Positions 25,110-38,610 of a stretch of 64,000 nt of DNA are shown in pieces. The stretch's first letter is position 1. The number at the start of each line of letters is the position of its first letter. Below the pieces are notes generated by a model. It did not search any database. It saw only the letters and a program-made list of their open reading frames with translations, and had not been told where the DNA came from. The translations under genes were made by a program, and so were the position numbers. The stretch spans positions 372,001 through 436,000 of the forward strand of contig RDEW01000040.1 of assembly GCA_011109175.1 (NCBI GenBank). The letters run 5' to 3'. This DNA is from Dicyema japonicum (taxonomy: Eukaryota > Animalia > Dicyemida).

Positions 25110-26830
25110 GGTTTGTATTCATCGTGTAGGGTCATTTTATGAGACACCACATGTCTCTACTTCGTTTGGACCCCAAAAATTACATCACATTTTCCATAAG
25201 TGATGTAATAATTTTTCTATCTTTCTGACTTTCAGGTCGTAATCCTCTTCGATATTGGATTTTAAGTCCAGTCTATATGCCAATTTAATCGCAAATCTTC
25301 TGGACTTTTCCAATTTTTTTGACAAAGACATCACTTTCTTTTGTTCTAAACCATCCTTGATAACCATATATCAAGAATGGTTCAACACACGCCGAATACA
25401 CAAAAAGAAAAGTTTCAGGCTCCAAATGAAATCGAATTAAAGATTTCAACATTCCTGTAGCTTTCTTTCTTCGTGTTTTAATATGTTCCTTGAAAGATCC
25501 TCTTCGGTCTATCAACAATCCGAGATACTTCAATGTTTCAGAGATTTTTATATCCCCAGTATTCACACATTGATTAATATTTTTTCTTTTACTTGAATCC
25601 AAGTGACTGTTGTTTTTTCCCTCGATAGAGTCAACCCATTGTTTTGGCACCACTTTCCAATCTTAGTAATATGGGATTCTACCCTTTTCCATGAAATTTG
25701 TTTACTCATGCTTGAATCAAGCACAAGAATGTCATCAGCATAAATAATCATTTGACTATTTACGCTCTCTGTATTCGGCAAATCTCTCATTACGCAATTG
25801 AAGAGTAGCGGGCTGAGAATTGAACCCTGTGGAACTCCTTTTCGCAATTCAATTTTCTTTGAAATTAAATTTCCAACACGTATATATGACTTTCTTTTTG
25901 AAAGAAAGTTTTCTATCCATAATAACGCAGTTTTCCCAATTTCTGCTTTTGACAACGTATCAATAAGTCCAAAGTGGCAAACATTGTCAAACGCTTTTGT
26001 TATATCCAAACATGCTATTGTAAGAAATTCCTTTTTATTTCGTGAAATTTCGATTGCAGATCTTAGCTCTTTAAAGCAATCTCCAGTTCCTTTTTTATGC
26101 CGAAATCCCAGTTGATTATCAGAGAGAAAATTATTATCCTCAACATGCCTTGATAGACGATTGAAAACAATTTTTTCATAACTTTCGATATTGAGCAGAT
26201 TAGGCTAATTGGCCTATAACTATCTGCTTTTGACCTTGGCTTTCCTTTTTTCACAACCATGCGTACAATTGTTCGTTTCCAATAAGCTGGAACATGACCA
26301 AAACTCCAAGAAGAATTATATAATATTTTTAGGCACTCAATTAAAATTGGGCCTGCGTTCTTGAAAATACTCATTGGNNNNNNNNNNNNNNNNNNNNNNN
26401 NNNNNNNNNNNNNNNNNNNNNNNNNNNNNNNNTATCTGCTTTTGACCTTGGCTTTCCTTTTTTCACAACCATGCCAACAATTGTTCGTTTCCAATAAGCT
26501 GGAACATGACCAAAACTCCAAGAAGAATTATATAATATTTTTAGGCACTCAATTAAAATTGGGCCTGCGTTCTTGAAAATACTCATTGGGATAAAATCCC
26601 ACCCTGGTGTTTTATTTTTGCAACCCTTAATTGCAGCATTTATTTTTTCCAGCGTTATAGGATGACACAAGGGACCACTCAGTTTCGACTTTTCTTTATA
26701 ACTATTTCTTGTATCTTGTACTTCTATCGGAATAAAAGATGCCGGATCAATCTCTTGAATTTTAAACAATTGTTGACGTAAAACATTTGGAATTTCTTCT
26801 TTTGGAATAGTGAGACCATCATAGTGAACT
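25110..26830 (-). mobile_element. I/Jockey-like LINE RT, 5'-truncated
   Basis: KTPGWDFIP, YRPISLICS, DITKAFDNVCH, GVPQGSILSPLLF, IYADDIL, LKYLGL. Confidence 0.88.
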
Positions 26831-26869
26831 CAAATCATTATAACAGATAACATGATTTATTCGCAAAAC

Positions 26870-28090
26870 CCCAACTAACTAAACAAGGTAAGAGCCATTA
26901 ACTAAAGAGGAAAGCCAAGATTTGGGGTCGTCTATATCGGGGCACTCTCATGAGACACCGTATATCTCTTCTCCGTAAAAAGCCCCAATTACAATGCGAG
27001 TTTTCACAAGCAATGTAATAAATCACCGATTCTTCTCGTTTTTCTTTGGTATTCGTCATCAATTTCAGATGCTAAATCCAATCCATGTGCTTCAATTTAG
27101 TTTCGTTTATAATTAGAACTTCCATCTGGATCGTGCTGGCTATAGCAACCAGCACTGAGGCCCGTTTCCGAAGAGAACGGGCATTAATCAGGGTTATCAT
27201 GACTACTTCTGGTTTTTTCGGTGGCTGCCCTCTCTTCTCTGTGTTGAAGCTTCTACTGTTTCTTTTTTAGAAGGTTTTTTATTTTATGTCGTATTCCAGC
27301 CAGTCTGCCCATACATTCTAAACTCTGACTTTAATTTCTTATTCGTTCCAGTTTTGGAAACTTCACTTTCTCCATTATGGGCATTTTCTCGTTTTAGAAA
27401 TAATTTTCCATTCGATTCTTTCCTTTTTTGGTCAATTTTGTTTTGCAATGTTAGCTTCAACAGCCTTTGGGCATCTTCCATAATTTAGTTTCGTTTATAA
27501 TTAGAACTTTCATCTGGATCGTGCTGGCTATAGCAACCAGCACTGAGGCCCGTTTCCAAAGAGAACAGGCATTAATCAGGGTTATCCTGACTACTTCTGG
27601 TTTTTTCGGTGGCTGCCCTCTCTTCTTAAGAGCACCACTCTCTTCTCTGTGTTGAAGCTTCTACAGTTTCTTTTTTAGAAGGTTTCTTATTTTATGTCGT
27701 ATTCCAGCCAGTCTGCCCATACATTCTAAACTCTGACTTTAATTTCTTATTCGTTCCAATTTTGGAAACTTCACTTTCTCCATTATGGGCATTTTCTCGT
27801 TTTAGAAATAATTTTCCATTCGATTCTTCCCTTTTTTGGTCAATTTTGTTTTTCTTCGCAATGTTAGCTTCAACAGCTTTGGAACATCTTCCATAATTGG
27901 CAAAGTGACTGGATGAACCAGAATTCACACACGACTTATTATTGTTTGTAACCCGACACTGTGATCTTCTACGTGGCCCATAACAAACAAGACATCTTTT
28001 AACATATTTCCATTAGGCCTGGAGTATATTTCTCGACCTCGTTTTATATTCCTTCGTCTTGTAGCACCAGTGGCACCACACTCACCGTGG
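26870..28090 (-). mobile_element. LINE ORF1 (Cys/His knuckle) remnants plus a LINE 3' end; internal ~388-bp duplication
   Basis: KRCLVCYGP..SQC and KSCVNSGSSSHFANYGRC knuckle-like segments; 26870-27085 resembles 25110-25260. Confidence 0.55.
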
Positions 28091-28106
28091 AAGACCCAAA
28101 TCATTA

Positions 28107-31100
28107 TCAAATCAAATCAAATCAAATTTATTCCAAAGTAAGTAAGGAGTTAGTTAAAGGGATTTTAATCGTGTCCGCCTTTGCGGCCTGGACACTTCAC
28201 ACGTATCCCATCTCCATTGTAGTCGTCCATTTAGTACGTATTGTAAAGCTGGTTACCCAACCTTACTTCGATATCTATTTTTACCGGCCTGACAAGGCTA
28301 TTCTCTTCCTCGGAGAGGCTTTCATGTAATTTCCTCCCCAGAGATATTTTTATCGCCGCTCGCCTTGTTTTCTCCAGGCGAGCGAGAATCCTTTCTCTCG
28401 AGGGAGTATAAAACCATCCCTCGCATCCGTATACCAGTCTTGGGAGAATCACAATTCGGAAGATATAGAGCATTGTATCGGCATCCAACATAAGTTTTCT
28501 GGAGCAGAACATCGCTTGAACGGCCTTCTTCCTCCGCTCCTCGATGTCCTTCCGATACGATCCTCTTCCATCCACTGCAATCCCCAGGTATTTCAGGCTA
28601 GAGACTCTAGGTATCCGTAGCGTATAGGACTCTCTCTGGTGCCGACCCAGCCTGCATATTCGCAAGTAACTGGATTTTTCTGTGGATAGTTTCATCCCTC
28701 TCCTATCGCACCAAACCTGAACTCTGTCGACAAAAGCCCCGATTCGTCGCTCAGAGATGTAGGCCTTCAGAGATGAGTCTAGGATTAAGATGTCATCCGC
28801 ATATATCATCAGCTTGGTCCTAACGTCTTGTGGAGAAGGAAAGTCTTCCATAAATATGTTGAATAATAGAGGGCTTAGAATAGACCCCTGCGGCACTCCT
28901 CTTTTAAACAANNNNNNNNNNNNNNNNNNNNNNNNNNNNNNNNNNNNNNNNNNNNNNNNNNNNNNNNNNNNNNNNNNNNNNNNNNNNNNNNNNNNNNNNN
29001 NNNNNNNNNNNNNNNNNNNNNNNNNNNNNNNNNNNNNNNNNNNNNNNNNNNNNNNNNNNNNNNNNNNNNNNNNNNNNNNNNNNNNNNNNNNNNNNNNNNN
29101 NNNNNNNNNNNNNNNNNNNNNNNNNNNNNNNNNNNNNNNNNNNNNNNNNNNNNNNNNNNNNNNNNNNNNNNNNNNNNNNNNNNNNNNNNNNNNNNNNNNN
29201 NNNNNNNNNNNNNNNNNNNNNNNNNNNNNNNNNNNNNNNNNNNNNNNNNNNNNNNNNNNNNNNNNNNNNNNNNNNNNNNNNNNNNNNNNNNNNNNNNNNN
29301 NNNNNNNNNNNNNNNNNNNNNNNNNNNNNNNNNNNNNNNNNNNNNNNNNNNNNNNNNNNNNNNNNNNNNNNNNNNNNNNNNNNNNNNNNNNNNNNNNNNN
29401 NNNNNNNNNNNNNNNNNNNNNNNNNNNNNNNNNNNNNNNNNNNNNNNNNNNNNNNNNNNNNNNNNNNNNNNNNNNNNNNNNNNNNNNNNNNNNNNNNNNN
29501 NNNNNNNNNNNNNNNNNNNNNNNNNNNNNNNNNNNNNNNNNNNNNNNNNNNNNNNNNNNNNNNNNNNNNNNNNNNNNNNNNNNNNNNNNNNNNNNNNNNN
29601 NNNNNNNNNNNNNNNNNNNNNNNNNNNNNNNNNNNNNNNNNNNNNNNNNNNNNNNNNNNNNNNNNNNNNNNNNNNNNNNNNNNNNNNNNNNNNNNNNNNN
29701 NNNNNNNNNNNNNNNNNGTACAATTTCCAAAAGCAAGGATTCTTCCAGTGCACTTTCGAGGCTGCTTTCCTAACTTGGTTTTCGGAATACAACTTCCAGG
29801 CTCTCTGTAGAACTTTTTGGATAGCATCGATATTATTTTTCAAAGTTATCCTGTCCCACATGTCCACACATCGTCTGTGCTTCGCCTTCAGAGTATTCCT
29901 CTCGCGAATAAGACTCCGAATAGAAGGAGGGCAGGACTGATTCGTTTTCGGAAGGATTTTTGAGTAAACCTTCTTTGCATATAATCGCAGATACATCATA
30001 ATAGTATTGGATAAATCTTGGTTGAAAACATCCAACTCATTATGTGTAGAAAAGGAATAATTAATCTTCATTAACATACTCTTCGATAAATAATGACGAT
30101 AATGTTCCCAGTCTACCGACGAGGTATCATAATACAGAAAAATGTCTTCAATAATATCCGGTTCCAGATTTATAGTCATCTCCATAGGGATATGGTCACT
30201 CCCTATATCCCAGAGTAACCTTGGCCTGTCTACATGGTCTAGTAGTTGTGGAGACACTAAGGCCAATCCCAGCATATCACCCCCATAGTGTGAGAAATGG
30301 TTAGGTTCTTCGGACGTCAAGACTTCGACTCCAATTTCCCCGACCAAATCTGCCAGTAGTTGACCGTCCCTGTTGTTTCCATAACATCCATAAGTCCTGT
30401 TCTTGGCGTTCAGATCTCCTACCAGAATCGACATTGGGTTTCTTTCGAAGAACTCAACAATCTTCACAGAAGACCGGGCCAAGTCCTTAGAATATAGCCC
30501 TCCCACGGTTATCCACGGTCCACCACATCGCACGTCGACAGACACGAATTCCGAATCGTCGGCCAATATAATGCAGTCGTTTCGAGTTTGCAATAGTTTA
30601 TGAAAGAAGATTGAGGTTCCTGTTCCAGCAACTGCTCCATCTTTCCATGGAATGTCCACTGAGTCATATCCTTCCAGAATATAATTCCTTCCTTCTCGAA
30701 TCTTCGTCTCGTTGACTACCAAGACATCTGCCTTGGCAGTCCTCACAAGTAGTGCTAGTTCATCATGCCTTTTCACCAAGGAGCGGGCATTCACCAGCAC
30801 TAACTTTAGGTTTCTTTTCAGATTTCTTTTTGGTGGCCTGGGCTCTCCGTGGCCAGGTCCACCATTTCCCGTAAATCCACTCCTATTGCATCACTCAATT
30901 CTTTCAGTCTTGTTATAATTTCATTTAGTTCTTCTTTGATTCTTCGTGGTATCTCTTCTTTGGTTTGCCAAACCGATTTCTTCGGTAGATTAGCTGAAGA
31001 GGGCTTGTTAACGCTTGGACCAATAATTCTTTTTCGTGTTAGTGTCTCAACTTTGTCGTCTATGACGTTCATAGATTTCACATCTGCTTTTTGGATTTGG

Positions 31101-31190
31101 GGAATGAGCTTTCGCCTGGCCTCCACAAGCACAGGGCATCCTTCATACCTTGCCCCGTGTTTTGCAGTCATAAAACCACTAAAAAGTCAA
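28107..31190 (-). mobile_element. I/Jockey-like LINE with ORF1 end, ORF2 (APE-RT) and (TTTGA)n tail; central N gap
   Basis: ORF1 end KHGARYEGCP; ORF2 LVNARSL, NETK, VGDLNAK, GSDH, GVPQGSILSP, IYADDIL; AATAAA followed by TTTGA repeats on the minus strand at ~28107-28135. Confidence 0.9.
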
Positions 31191-31399
31191 CTACCACTAA
31201 AAAGTCATAAAAGCCCAAATCAACATTATTCCCAGAAAGTGAAGAAGTCTCCATAAAACGCATATTATTATCAACAATCACAAATTTACATTACCAGCAA
31301 ATTCTTTCCCTTTTTTCAAACTAATTACCCTTCCCTCCTCCAAATTATTCTTATTTCTTATTATAGGGAGGACAATGATTAACATAGGGATATAAGCTG

Positions 31400-33700
31400 G
31401 ATAATTTCCTGCTGATTGTCAAGAACAATGGGCTACCTCGATTATTGAAAGCACGCGCTCTAGACTCAGTCGTGTTCCTAGAAGTGGGTGGGCTATTCTT
31501 TTGGAAGGGTTCAAGTCTAAGTTTGGAGAGTAAATAACAATGCCTGAGTTCAGAAGACGCCTAAAAACGCCCTCAATTAACATACAATGGACATGATTCG
31601 AAGGGGATCTCAGATTCTAAGTCAGATATGTCTTCGACATTTATTGTGGCAAAGTTGTATGCTCTTGTGAACGTACTTTTATTGAGGAGTTACGGACGAA
31701 TCAGTCAATTGACTATTCTTCAAGACTCCGTACGAAGAAAATTCCTTATGTAAAAGTTGATGTGGATATTCTCGAATGCCTGAACAGTGTCATTAATGCT
31801 TGGATCAAAGTCAATCTCCCAACGTTAATTGATCAAATTTCCTCTATTATTTATGCTGGGCAAACTGCCTACCAAACTCTTACTACAAAGAAATTTGAGC
31901 CCTCAAAATGGAGGGAGGATATGACTAAGAAAATTGAACAACGGAGATCATATTCTGTTTTTATTGAAAAGTTTTTTTACGAAGACTCTTTCTACTGACG
32001 AGAAGTCTATGGCGTGCCATGCTTTGTCGCTAGTTGGTTTCAGGAAAAAACAATCCGGAGAAAAAACCAGAATAACGTCTCTTATCCAAGATAAGATTAA
32101 AGTCACAAAGAAAAAAATATCGGCATTTGAATCGAAAAAAAAATTTTGTATGGACAACCAAATGTTCGAATTGAATAGAAGGTCCTTCTACAGGAACTTG
32201 AATTCAGGACAAAATAATATAAATACCTCAATTGATAATGAAAAATACGCAGATTTTTGCGAAGAATTATGGAAAAGAAGGAGTCTAAAGTCTAAATACG
32301 GAAAGTTTTTATATCGGAAAAAGAATCACTGGCGTTGAGAATGTTTCTGTTGAATTCTCGAAAAATGTGTTTGAACAAACGATTCAATATTTGCCGAATT
32401 GGAAGACCCCAGGTTGAGATGGGATCTACAATTTCTTCCTTAAGAAATTTACATTGCTGCATGAATTTATATTGAAATGCTTAGGATTGTAAACGGAGAG
32501 TACGTCCCTGGAAACTGGTTTTTAAATGGAATTACGTACTTGATCTCAAAATGCGAAGCCCCACAGTCTCCAAAGGACTTACGCCCAATTACATGCATGT
32601 CGTCACTCTATTAACGTACGACAAAGTGTATCAATGCCAAGCTAGCGCAATATGTGGAAGCGTTTGGCCTTTTTTCTGAAAACCAGATGGGAACAAGGAA
32701 AAGATGTCAGAGTGCTAAAGAACATCCACTAGTCAATAAATCACTTAATAAAGTAAATGAAGGTGGATTATATGCTGCATGGATTGATGTCAAAATAGCA
32801 TTTGACTCGGTTGACCACAGCTTTTGATGGAAGTCCTTGAAAAATCTTCTGTTTGCGACACTTCTGAGTTGGATATAATATTGATATCGAACATGCAAAA
32901 AAAAGGTTTAATGAATCAAATAAGATTGTAGAGTCTTCATTCCGTATCATTGTGCCACAAGGTGTGAAAAGATGTTGCATGGAGATTATGTAAGAAGACA
33001 TAACGAAGTCGTGAGGTGTCTACATTTCCACTTTTGCAGAGAATTTGGTCTCAAAAACGAGAAGAAACTGAAGAATCATTCAGTGCAATCCATTGTAATG
33101 AATGACTCAGTTGAAATCAGAGTTGACACCTTTATCAAAACGGACATAATTATTGAGCATAACAAGCCAGACTTGTTCGTTTTTGATGAAAGGAGAAACA
33201 AAATTATCTTGGTCGAAGTGGGAATTACATCTTCCAAAATTCTACAGCAGGTGGAATGCGAAAAGCTGAGGAAGTATGACCTTTTTTCCAAAGAGCTGGA
33301 GTTAATACACCACACAGAGGTCAAGATTGTCCCGATTGTACTCGCTTGGGATGGCCTAGTGACTTCACATTCGTGGAAGTATGCCAGATCTTTGAATATA
33401 AGTGAAAGAACGTATGCGTATGTTCAATCGCTGGTAATCAGGAAGAATTTAGAGAGTATGATTGTATCATATAAGAACGAAGTTGACGTTTCGCGGTGTT
33501 ATGATAAACTTAATAAATGGATAAAGGAAATTTACTCTCGGTCTGATTATGAAGAATTTCAAGAGAAGAGTGTGAGCGAAGTAATGTCAATATATATTGA
33601 GGAAAAGGAAAAGGACTGTGACAATTGTTTTTACTCCCATAGTTGCTCGAAAAGGAAATGAATTGGATAGAGAACATTTTAATTAGAATTAACCTTTTAA
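31400..33700 (+). mobile_element. R4-like RLE-type non-LTR element, RT core largely deleted, RLE ORF open
   Basis: NQMFELNRRSFYR, NWKTPG*DGI, LRPITCMSSLY, WIDVKIAFDSVDH; RLE YVRRHNEVV..NKPDL..VEVGIT..EKLRKY (32972-33661). 5' boundary uncertain. Confidence 0.85.
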
Positions 33701-33739
33701 GATAGTAAAATAATAATTTATAAATTAATTGTTTTTCTT

Positions 33740-34310
33740 GTCTTGTGCAGATGCCTTTTTCAACAAAACGTAAAGTTGATACCGAATGCAGATCGTTCCA
33801 AAAAGTGGCAACTTCAATATTTCTTTGCCGATTTAAATCGGAAACCTAGTTTTTTGGTCTGTAGACAAGAAATTTCAGTTGTCAAAGAATATAACATTCG
33901 ACGACATTACAAAACCCACCATGATCAAGAATAACTTGATGGGGAAATGAGAAAAGATAAGTACGATGCATTGCTTGCATGTTTGCGGAATCAACAATCT
34001 TCTTTTGCCAAATTTCGAGATGATAGTGAGGCAGCTGTCAAGCTAGCTACGTTATTTCTCGGGAAATAGCGTTAGCATCAAAACCTTATACTGATGGTGA
34101 TTTTATAAAAACATGTATTATGAAAGCTACTGATTACATATCTGTCCATGTTTAAAAGTACATATCTTTGTGAACAACTGATATCTTCAATGAACATAAA
34201 CAAAACAAGATTTCGTTCATGGCTCACACACACTCATCTAAGTGAAATTCCACGATTAACGCTAACTCAGGATATTACACCAAATATTGACGCTATTATG
34301 GAAGACCTTA
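33740..34310 (+). mobile_element. hAT (SPIN/GTF2IRD2-like) transposase relic, internally deleted
   Basis: KRKVDTECRSFQK, WQLQYFF, VKEYNIRRHY (BED-like) joined to STYLCEQLISSMNINKTRFRS (hATC). Confidence 0.8.
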
Positions 34311-34559
34311 GAGAGCTTGACACTGGAGTATAGGAGGCAGAGCCCTGAGATGCCATGTGGGCAGAGGGTTCAATTGGACAAGGCGCTCTCGGAGTTGTTT
34401 CAGCAACCAGAATCGAACCTGCCTGAGGAGGCTGGCAAACAGGCAGGCGAGGAAGGTTGTTGATTATTAAATATATTAACTTTTTTATTGTTTGTTAAAT
34501 AAAGTGGGTTAAAAAGTAAATTAAGTTAGTTTATTTTTAAAGTGGTAAACCTTTGTTCT

Positions 34560-35905
34560 TTAAAATTTTTAAAATTACCATGCTCGTTTTTGTTCGTGTA
34601 TGATTCTTCCTTCTACTTTAAAAATTCGTCAATATAAAAGTAAACATTTGGCATTTGGATTTATAAAAAATTCTTTTGAAAATAGACTATATTGCTTACT
34701 GTGTAATAAGTCATTATCAAATAATGCAATGAAACCGTCCAAATTGTTGGATCATCTTAGGAGAAAACATTCGGATAAAAAAGATAAACCATTAGAGTAT
34801 TTTGAAGAATTAAAAAATTCTTTTCGTAAACAAAAAACGATTGACACTGTTTTTACAAATAGTATTGAAAGAAACAATAGTTGTTGTTATTTTAAATTAT
34901 ATTTGGGACGACTAATTGCATCCTATAAAATTTCAATGATTATTGCCAAAAATGAGAGTTCCCATGTTTCTGCGGAATATCTCATCAAACCATCTATATC
35001 AGTGATTCCATCAGATCTGATGGGTTTAAATCCCGACGAAATATTAAAGGATCCACGAAATGTCAGATAATGTTGAACATATTTCATGTGAAAGGCTTAA
35101 AAATACTATTTTTTCCCTTCAAATTGTCGAAAGTCATATATGTGACAACCAATCAATTCTAATGGGATATGTCAGGTTAATCTTATTAGAAGCTTACGAT
35201 ATAGACATTTTCACGATCATGCTCTTCTTACAGAAGATTTATTATTCGTCAAATATTTGGAAACTGATACGACTGGATTTTCTATTTTTACCGTAGTCAA
35301 ATTATTTTTGGATGACAAGAAGATTCCATATAAAAATTTGGTTTTCATATGAAAATTTGTATATAAGAAAAATATTAAAGAGGAATTAATTATGTTAAAA
35401 TTCAATCCAGAATTAAAACTATATATAATGATTCACAATCACCCGTTATTTTTTGAAAGAGAGTTATCCAAAATTGTGGACAGAAATAGCACAATTGCTA
35501 CTCTATTTTCCGACATCATACTGTGTTGAATGCGGATTTAGCATTCTACATCGAATTGTAAATAAAGAACGAAACAAATTGGATGTGTCCATTAAAGGAG
35601 ATATCCGGTTAAAAATAACACAGAGAGCCAGATATCGAATCTTTGGTCAAAAAACATCAGTCACAGAGATCCCATTGGTATTTAATTCTTTTTTTTATTA
35701 TAGATTTATGCTAAAATACAAACTTAACATCGAGTACTTTTTTTGTTTGATTTGATTATTAACAATCAATTCATTTTAGATAGTTAACTAATTTTACTTA
35801 GAATTGTCTGTTCTAAATAAAAAAGTTTTAAGGGGTCGATTAAATTTTAGGTGGGTCGAAAAAAAGTCAAGGGGTCGACGAGTAAAAAAAGGTTGAGAAC
35901 CCCTG
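34560..35905 (+). mobile_element. hAT Buster/ZBED8-like transposon relic with right TIR
   Basis: FGF..YCLLCNKSLSNNAMKPSKLLDHL..H..KPLEYF; LMGYVR; YPKLW..FPTSYCVECGFS. GGTTGAGAACCCCTG at 35891-35905 is followed by GTCTATAA (NNNTANNN pattern). Left TIR not found. Confidence 0.85.
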
Positions 35906-35984
35906 GTCTATAACATGAGTTTGAAGTTGATCTGTTAGACAGTCTGTCGCATAAGGATCACGGTTCCTGTCGATTCTCTTTCAA

Positions 35985-36971
35985 CAATTAACAATACATG
36001 CCGCATCTATTTTCAAGTTTTTCTCCAATTAAACTGCAGCATAGAAGAACAGTGAGTCTTTCTTTTCCTTGTTTATAGCCAAAACACTGTTCGTCTTTTT
36101 TGACAAATGATTTTTGGGGAGTTCTTTTTATAAAAAGCGCGGTTTCATCGCAATTAAATACATTTTGAGGTCCATATTTTAATACTTTCTCGTCAAATTT
36201 TTCAAAATAATCTTTAGCGTGAGATAAATCGCATGAAGTTTTTTCTCCACATATTGACTTGAATTGTAGCTCATGTCGCAATTTAAATCTATCAAGCCAC
36301 CCATTGGAGGCTTTAAAAGAAGTAAATCCAATTTTTGAAGCTGTAACTTGGCGATTTTTTTCTAAGTAGGGCCTTAAATCGGAATTTTATCCACTCGAAG
36401 TTTTTGAAATACTTCAATGACTTGATCATCAAATTTTTTTATCGACTTTAAATGCCTCATAAAACTCAGACTAGTATTGTCGCGGTGTAAGAAAGGTACA
36501 ATATTTCGTTTGATTCTTGAAATAGTTCCTTTACTTGTCTTGTACTTTGTGATTAAATCCTTTCAGATAAATTGTTCCTCATAATTTCTTTAGCAATTTT
36601 CAATTTAGTTTCGTAATCCGTAAGAAAGGTACAATATTTCGTTTGATTCTTGAAATAGTTTCTTTACTTGTCTTGTACTTTGTGATTAAATCCTTTCAGA
36701 TAAATTGTTCCTCATAATTTCTTTAGCAATTTTCAATTTAGTTTCGTAATCCGTGACCACAGCAAAATTGAAAATAAAACAAAAAAATAATTAATTTATT
36801 ATAATTTTATTATCGTAAAAATTGTTAATAAATGATTTTACGATGCCCCAAAATTTCCATAATTTTTATTGATTTTTCATTTTATTCTGCCAAAGTGTTG
36901 ATTTGAAAAAAGGTGCCCCAAAATCCGAGGGTGCTCCACCCCAGGGTCTGCCCCATTTTGGGGTCGGACTG
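35985..36971 (-). mobile_element. pogo/Tigger copy, 5' half with left TIR
   Basis: TIR at 36949-36971 (minus-strand CAGTCCGACCCCAAAATGGGGCA) next to TA; FKASNGWLDRFK, NVFNCDETALF, GYKQGKERLTVLLCCS. Confidence 0.88.
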
Positions 36972-37519
36972 TATTGCAAAGTTTATGGGGAATATGGAAA
37001 AGTGGTGCTCACCCGGTCCTGATGAACGTATACAAACAGTAAATCGAGCCAGTTTTCTCATATGCATTATTTTTTTAATGGTAAACCTATATTTAAATAA
37101 ATTTTTAAACAATAAAGTAGTTACGTTTTTTAATGGGGATGTTGGTTATGTGCAAGACAAAAAACTCGTTTTTTAGCTAACTATTAGCTGGAGATGTATC
37201 TTGTTATCTATTAATGCGTAGATTATTATTTTTAGACAATTTAGCTTTGTTCTGTAAGTAACGATTTATCAGACTGTGACATTTAATAATGAATATTTAA
37301 ATTTTTATAATTATTATTTAGTAATTAGTAGTTGTTGAAGAAAATTCCTTATTGCTACCAATAGTACGTCGATTTCGGTGTTCTTGTGTCTCTACATAAA
37401 TTCTCTGAAATAGACGATTTTTGGCCGATCCCGAGAGGCAAATTAATTGTTAAATAATCTATTCTAGTTAAAACTTACAATCTAAATTTCTAAATTTTTG
37501 ATTTAAACAAGCGATTCGA

Positions 37520-38610
37520 GAGGAAGGATGCAGTTGAGGAGAATTACGGAGAGTTTAGACTTATACTATAGACTCCGAATGCACCACTACGGGCTTGGCT
37601 TTGCTATACATCAATGTCTTGATGGGAGAATCCACAGACTGTGGAGGGTGAATGACAGAATAGCAGTACTCCAGATTAAGAGTGGGAGGACTGATAATTC
37701 CTTTATGTCCATAATTAATGTCTACTCGCCCACAATGGCGAGAGTTTCTACAAATTCCTATAAACTTGATCTGTTTTATATGTCACTAACGGATACCATC
37801 TCTGATCTCAAAGGCTCGTTTATGACCTTTCTGTGTGGTGATTGGAATGCTAAAGTGGGACACTGTCCATGGAGAGAACCCTGTATGGGTAGACATGCCA
37901 GGGGGAGGAGGAATATGTCAGGAGAATCGCTCGTGCAATTTTGTAACATGTTTGACTACTTCATTTGTAATTCTGCATTCGACCAGAATGCGAGGCATAA
38001 GACTACGTGGACTGGACTCAGAAAGGATGGAAATGGTGACTATGTCCGGATATACAACCAGATTGATTATGTTATGTGTGAAAGATCTCTTCGTGCTTTA
38101 CTAACAGACTCCCGCAGCTATGGAGGCACCATTACTTATAGTGATCATAAACTGCTGGTTGCACGTTTCAGAATGAAAAGATATTTCGGAATAGATGGAG
38201 CTAGAAAGAATAGAGCTTATCTGGATCGTTTTATTGTGGAAAAATTGTGAAGATTATTGGCTATTTTATGACATTATTGAATCAAGAAGGAGACTGTTTT
38301 GGCACGTGCTTAGAATGGACATAAACGCCCCTGCAAATATAATAATGGACAATTACTTTATCAATGAGAACAAACCATCGTTCAGAAGAGAACCCAGAAT
38401 CACTCTACCCTTGACTCTGAACAAGGATCTTAATGGAATTAAAAGAAAACTTAAATCTGCAGAAGACCTAGAAGATCTAAGGACAGATGCGCAAAGCAGA
38501 GGGCTATGGAGACGCCTAGTGAAGCAGATTTTGAAACGTGTGGCTCAAACGGGACCTTAGTTAATATAACGTTCTTTGGTACTGTGAAAGTGCTTTTAAT
38601 AATAATAATT
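37520..38610 (+). mobile_element. RTE element with RT deleted: partial APE joined to C-terminal tail and (TAA)n
   Basis: HYGLGFAI, NVYSPT, CGDWNAKVG, NQIDY, YSDH, then directly RRRLFWHVLRMD..REPRITLP; TAATAATAATAA near 38598-38610. Confidence 0.85.

Noticed and set aside
28231-30800. Very long ORFs (307-641 aa) in the ORF track
   Set aside because: They are inflated by the 806-nt N gap. The real parts are LINE ORF2.
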